Shown here: in pieces, positions 57,955 to 64,000 of the stretch
How positions within the stretch are numbered: position 1 is the stretch's first letter
Layout: each line of letters begins with the position of its first letter
From: Eledone cirrhosa
Taxonomy: Eukaryota
Assembly (NCBI GenBank): GCA_964016885.1
Contig: CAXHJY010001290.1
Span: 1-64,000, forward strand
DNA length: 64,000 nucleotides
Direction of reading: 5' to 3'
Made by a program: the position numbers and the translations under genes
The notes under the pieces: model-generated
What the model was told of the DNA's origin: nothing
The model's database searches: none
The model's input: the letters and a program-made list of their open reading frames with translations, nothing else

Positions 57955-58748
57955 TACAAATACGTGTGTAAGTGTGTGTGTGTATGTATGTGTGTGTGTG
58001 TGTGTGGTGGTGTGGATGTATATGCGTGCGTGTGTGCATGCATGTATGTATAAATGTACATGTGTGTGAATGTAGGTGTATAATGGCGTAGGTAACGGTT
58101 TATTTCGCATGGAGTCGTTGATCCAGCTTCACGCCTCGCTTGTTTCCATTTCAATTAAGACAACGTTGTAAAAACATTCATTGCATTGAGGATGCTGCGA
58201 ACAACACATCTCCCATTTGACCCCCTCCTATACACACACTCACACATACACACACACACCGGCACGCACACACACACACACACGCACTTACACACACGCT
58301 TACACACACACACACCCACACATATACACACTTACACACACATACACACACACACACACACACAAACACACACGCATACTCATTGAGGCAATATATCAAT
58401 ATAACTGATTATCATCCAATCAATACTACCACTTTATTAAGAAAATATCTTGTAGCAATTGACACTATTGATCACATAAAGTATTTTTTAAAGAGAACTG
58501 GAACGCTAAACTCTAAGAAAACACAATTAGATTCGAAGAACATTAAGTTTTATTTCCAAAGACAACACAGCATTTGAATTTAATTGGAATACAATGGACA
58601 TCTGTCAATATTATTATTCCAAATTGCTAATCTCAATGCATAGCTGGTCAGAGCAAATAATGAAACAGTATAAAAAAGTCTGATTTTAATAACACAGATA
58701 AAATATCTCTAATTTACGATGACGTATATTTGTTGTTGTTGTTTTTCG

Positions 58749-58854
<106 letters not shown>

Positions 58855-58889
58855 GTATATATATATATATCGGTTTCCTAAATAGAATT

Positions 58890-59160
58890 TTAGTCTACGA
58901 CTTCAGTTATACCATTTACGTGGTTTTGTCTTTGCGTGTAATTGTTCTCACCGCTCCACATAATGACGTATTATCTTCGTTTTTTCCGTTCATTGCCAGA
59001 GAACGTCTCCATGAACCACCTAATGGAATATTAGTCTACGACTTCATTTATACCATACACGTGGTTTTGTCTTTGCGTGTAATTGTTTTCAGCGCACCAA
59101 ATAATGACGTATTATCTTCGTTTTTTTCCGTTCTTTGCCAGGGAACGTTTCCACGAACCA
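58890..59160. repeat. 141 bp tandem duplication upstream of the family C element
   Basis: TTAGTCTACGACTTCA at 58890 and 59031. Confidence 0.85.
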
Positions 59161-59239
59161 AAGTATCGTCTTCCAGTTTTCCTTCGGTTGCAACGTTTTT
59201 TTGAAATATTTACTTCTGCGTTCACAGATTGACTTTTTT

Positions 59240-59290
59240 AGTTTCAGAAGATCTCGTTAAGGGTGAAAGCAGCGATTCTTTGCTTAAACT
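59240..59290 (+). ncRNA. Hammerhead-like fold, family C
   Basis: AGTTT-CAGAAGA-TCTCGTTAAGGGT-GAAA-GCA..TGC-TT-AAACT. Confidence 0.55.
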
Positions 59291-60124
59291 TTAATCTGTT
59301 ATTTTAATAAATATTTGCTCTACGGTTCTTATATATCTGATATATATTTATTCTTATCGAGCCCTCTTTGGATGTTAGTCTTTAAATTTATTATTATTAC
59401 TATATATACAGTGTATGTATATATATATATATATACATACATACATGCATACATACATACATACATACATATATACATACATACATACATGGTGGTGGCT
59501 GCCAACTCGTTTTCGAGTACGGCCACTACTTTATATCCATGTAGGAGAACTCCTACCGATGCGCTGAACGAGTGTGACTTTTTAGTCCAGCCAGCGACTT
59601 GAAAACTCTGGTACAAACACTACACTTGTGACAATTATTGACACATAGTGCTGGGCCCATGGTACCATGTGACGACAAGTGCAGAGAGATCTCCAGATAT
59701 AAAGCAATGCCTGTGCCGTGAAGCTTTTATAGTGAGCAAAGGCACTGCACAAAGCCAGTCCCACTCTCTTAACCAAGATGATATTTACCAAAAAGTAGAA
59801 CAAGTCAACATCATTGGATACCATCAGAGTTGCAGGTGTTATATCAGAGTTTTCCTTCTCCTAGAATTCTGCCTTGACAAAGGCTAAGGGGTCATCTCTC
59901 CCGGTGATTTTGGATGGCCATTGACTCTTAAGAGCTCCTTTTCCCTTTGACAGGTTTTGTTTTTAGTCCTGCAGGATGTCCAAAGTCACCCTCCTCACCA
60001 AGAAACCTTGGTGGGATTGCCAGTTTAGTCGCCAACGACCCGACCATGGGACAGGTTGTACTGGGATACATGTTACATCAGATAAAACCATCTACTATGT
60101 CAGGGTATGTCATGTATCATTTTG

Positions 60125-60187
60125 TTTTATCTGATGAGGACGTACTGTTGAACTTAACTCAGTACCTCTGAAATATGTATAATAAAA
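60125..60187 (+). ncRNA. Type I minimal hammerhead ribozyme, family D
   Basis: TTTTAT-CTGATGA-GGACGTACTG..CAGTACCTCT-GAAA-TATGTA-TA-ATAAAA; downstream 60178-60325 matches 19987-20135. Confidence 0.72.
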
Positions 60188-60492
60188 TATAATTGATCAC
60201 AAGAATATCTATTTTGTTAATATTTTGAATTAATATTAATAACTCTGGAAAACCTTTTCTGTTGAGTGCTTCGAATCTATTGTAAAACTCATTCTTTGAT
60301 GTATTCATTGAACCTTGTTTAACTCTTAAATATATATATATATATTTATATTTATATATATATTTATGTATGTATATGTATGTTGATAGGTATGTATTTA
60401 TGTAAACATATGTAATGTCGGTGTATAAATATTGTTTCCCTGAAGCAGCAGCTGTGCACACGATTTATTCTGTATGTCTGCCTACTTATTCT

Positions 60493-60530
<38 letters not shown>

Positions 60531-60541
<11 letters not shown>

Positions 60542-60586
60542 CAAGGGCCACCAAGGCAAATTATGGTGCGCTTTCATCAGATAAAA
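60531..60586 (-). ncRNA. Family D-like hammerhead whose stem III runs into a (TA)n array
   Basis: Minus strand TTTTAT-CTGATGA-AAGCGCACC..GGTGGCCCTT-GAAA-TATATATA... Confidence 0.6.
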
Positions 60587-60620
60587 TACAGATTTGTTTT
60601 ATAAATATTGACATACCCGG

Positions 60621-60695
<75 letters not shown>

Positions 60696-60834
60696 AGAAT
60701 AAATAGACATCACCGAATAAAACGTTTATGTTTAATTAAATCTGCTCCTAGAGATTCGCAAAAGATGTTTTTTTTTCTTATGTAGGTGGATACAACATTG
60801 AATTTTCGCTGGACTCAAATGTTTCGATATGTTT

Positions 60835-61918
60835 ATGGCCCATAGTTTATTCTAAGAGATTTATTCTTTACAAGACAACAGTTTGAACAGATACCACCAA
60901 AAGTATGAATCTAGATAAGGCAGACAAATTTGAATAACTGAACATGATAAAATACAAGTCAACAGTAGAGCAATGGCCCATAGTTTATTCTAAGAGATTT
61001 ATTCTTTACAAGACGACAGTTTGAACAGATACCACCAAAAGTATGAATCTAGATAAGGCAGACAAATTTGAATAACTGAACATGATAAAATACAAGTCAA
61101 CAGTAGAGCAATGGCCCATAGTTTATTCTAAGAGATATATTCTTTACAAGACAACAGTTTGAACAGATCCCTCCAAAAGTATGAATCTAGATAAGGCAGA
61201 CAAATTTGAATAACTGAACATGATAAAATACAAGTCAACAGTAGAGCAATGGCCCATAGTTTATTCTAAGAGATATATTCTTTACAAGACGACAGTTTGA
61301 ACAGATACCACCAAAAGTATGAATCTAGATAAGGCAGACAAATTTGAATAACTGAACATGATAAAATACAATTCAACAGTAGAGCAATGGTCCATAGTTT
61401 ATTCTAAGAGATATATTCTTTACAAGACAACAGTTTGAACAGATCCCTCCAAAAGTATGAATCTAGATAAGGCAGACAAATTTGAATAACTGAACATGAT
61501 AAAATACAATTCAACAGTAGAGCAATGGTCCATAGTCTATTCTAAGAGATTTATTCTTTACAAGACGACAGTTTGAACAGATCCCTCCAAAAGTATGAAT
61601 CTAGATAAGGCAGACAAATTTGAAGAACTGAACATAATAAAATATAATTGTTTCTACATTTGGCACAAGGCCAGCAATTATCCCAATGTATTATTAGTTT
61701 TATTTTATCGACCCCCGCAAGGATGAAAGGTAAAGTTAACCTCGGCGGATTTGAACTCAGACCGTAAAGCTCTGTAATGTCAACAGTAGAGCAATACTCA
61801 GTTTATTCTAAGAGATATATTCTTTACAAAACAATAGTTTGAACAGATACCACCAAAAGTATGAATCCAGATAAGGGTGAGAAATTTGAATAACTAAACA
61901 TGAGAAAATATAAGTCAA
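60835..61918. repeat. 138 bp minisatellite, ~7 units, interrupted by a SINE (61648-61770, minus)
   Basis: Unit starts at 60835, 60973, 61111, 61249, 61387 and 61525; resumes ~61779. Confidence 0.95.
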
Positions 61919-62009
61919 ACATATATAAATAGCCATATTGATAAGGCCACAAATTGAAAAAAGGCGTTAGAGATGTCGGGTCAAAAAGGTATCATTATTT
62001 GTTCCGTCT

Positions 62010-62565
62010 AGGGCGGCGGATTGGCAGTATCGGTAGAGGGTCGATCGCCATGCATTGCAGCATAGAGTTACGGCCGTCTATGATCTGAGATCAAATCCCG
62101 CCGAGGTTAACTTTGCCTTACATCCTTTCATCCCAAATTGCTGGCCTTGTGCCTATATAAGAAACCATTATTTGTTCCGTCTCACATTGCTCTGCCGAAG
62201 TCAACGTTGCTTTCATAAAATCCCACTGTGGTTAGCTTTGCCTTTCATCCTTACGGGGGTCTATAAAATAAAGTACCAGTGACGTACTGGGGGTAATCGC
62301 TGGCCTTGTGCCAAAAGTAGAAACTATTATTTAATCCTTTCCCAGGGCGGTGGATCGGCAGAATCGACAGAACATCAGACAACATGCTTCGTGACATATA
62401 TTTACGCTACTTGACGTTCTGAGTTCAAATCCCGCGACGTTAGCTTTGCCTTTTCCTTTCATCCTTACAGAGTCGATAAAATAAAGCACCAGTGACGCTA
62501 TGGGGCCGATTTGGCCCACTTTCCCCTTCCCTTCAAATTGCTGGCCTTGTGCCAAAAAGTAGAAA
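62010..62565 (+). mobile_element. Three SINE family 1 copies
   Basis: Consensus matches; first copy flanked by an ATTATTTGTTCCGTCT duplication. Confidence 0.88.
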
Positions 62566-63099
62566 AAAATATTTTTAATCTCACCTTTAAAATAATAGAT
62601 GACACATACATCATTAAATTGATTGTTATCCAGTCTATTGATTTACCTTTTTAGCAAATTTTCTATTTATTAATGCATTGGACTGTAACAACGTATTTAG
62701 TTAGAGATTTAGAATTCGTTAAGACAGAAAAGAAAAAAACGATGTGTTTACGTGAAAACATTTACAATCTTGTCTTATATTTTAGTTTTAATAGAATGGA
62801 TTGTTTCTTAAAGAACTTAATAATAATATCCACTTTAAAACTATTGATTACTTTTCTTTAGGTAAAAAGACATCGTATAATTAATCTATGGTTGCCAGTG
62901 TTCTTTTCAAGAATATTGGTGATGTAAATCACGGCCCTTTACAAGCACACCTGCGGCCCACACAAATGTTTTTACAGTTTTTACATGTTTTATCTTCGTA
63001 AAATTAATTGTCGTGTGTAGCCCTCAGACAACACACATGTGACCCATGTGGCCCTGGGGGGGGGGGGACCCCTCAGTATGACATGCCTGATGTAAATAA

Positions 63100-63720
63100 T
63101 GAGATTAAAACGGAAACGCATTTGAACGATAATTTGGATGTTATTAAACCATCTTCTTGGTTGTCTATCTCTGGGTAACCCGCAGGCTGGGTTTGTGCGT
63201 AAAATCTGTTCAGCGATTTTTTCCTTAGACATGCTTACCACATGTCCGTAGTACCGGAGCTGTGATCTTTCGATACAGGGAAATACTGGCTCTACCTGGA
63301 GTGACCCCCTGATTTTCGAGCTACGCACTCTACCGAGTTACGTTATTCCTAAGACTCTTCAGGGGAACTCTATTCTGGCTGCTAGTATTCACGATCGTAC
63401 TCTTTTGGTCATTATCCAAGATTCATGACCATTGGTAAGGGTAGGTACGAACATCGTTTTGAAGATAGTAATGTTTACCTCTACCCCCCTTCTTTTGCTG
63501 ACCGAATGCTGAAGCTGGTACATTATTGTATCTGCATTTAATTTAGCTACTTGACTTCCATAACTCGTGAAAACAGATCCGAAATACTTGGACTTTTCCA
63601 CCTGCATCATTGTAAATCTCTTCACCTGCAAAGCGCACTGCGCAAGCTTTCTCGGTAGGACGAGTGCTTCAGTTTTCGCAGCACCATTTTCATTCATGTC
63701 ATGCAACACTCAGCAGCAAA
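63100..63720 (-). pseudogene. Second RTE-clade LINE relic (RT C-terminal region)
   Basis: KTEALV, VEKSKYFGSVFT, PTLTNGHESWIMTKRVRS, IERSQLRYYGHV motifs with frameshifts. Confidence 0.85.
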
Positions 63721-64000
63721 CCTATCAAGTGCATGCTGGAGATCACCTTCCGACTTTAGATCAGCAAATAAAGTATTCTGGTAGACCATTCGCAAACTTC
63801 GTCATAAGAAGCCCTCTTCCGCGCCTGCTATCAGGAACTCACCTAGGGTTCTTCTGTCTGAAGTGAGGTGTATCCTCGCGAGGTGGAGAAAATACTTTGC
63901 TTGTCTCCGAAATCGGGTCGCAACAACATCTTCTGATGTACATGAGGTGCATTTAGAGGCGAATACACTAACCCCTCGCAGGTTGAGGTCACCAGAGCAA

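Overview
Eukaryotic, extremely AT- and microsatellite-rich DNA. The SINE/LINE repertoire and TA/CA/GA arrays suggest an octopod cephalopod (inference). Two spliced genes lie tail-to-tail. On the + strand are the last three exons of a LanC-like protein 3 (LANCL3) gene (9597-12875). On the - strand are five exons of a class A (rhodopsin-like) neuropeptide-type GPCR (45796 to 31560; the TM1-TM2 exon was not found in the window). Nearly all of the long ORFs in the track are microsatellite artefacts. The rest is mobile DNA: an RTE LINE with a PHD-type finger inside its RT, R4/Dong-like, Tx1-like and other LINE relics, two SINE families, Tc1/mariner elements, minisatellites and Penelope-like (Naiad-type) GIY-YIG relics. 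The most striking unexplained structure is a population of short elements embedded in (TA)n arrays. Many form fold-back palindromes, and at least five families carry type I hammerhead-ribozyme folds, several with non-canonical cores. Hammerheads in Penelope-like elements are known. The specific core variants, the TA-derived stem III and the fixed twin junctions seen here are the candidates for novelty and need testing.
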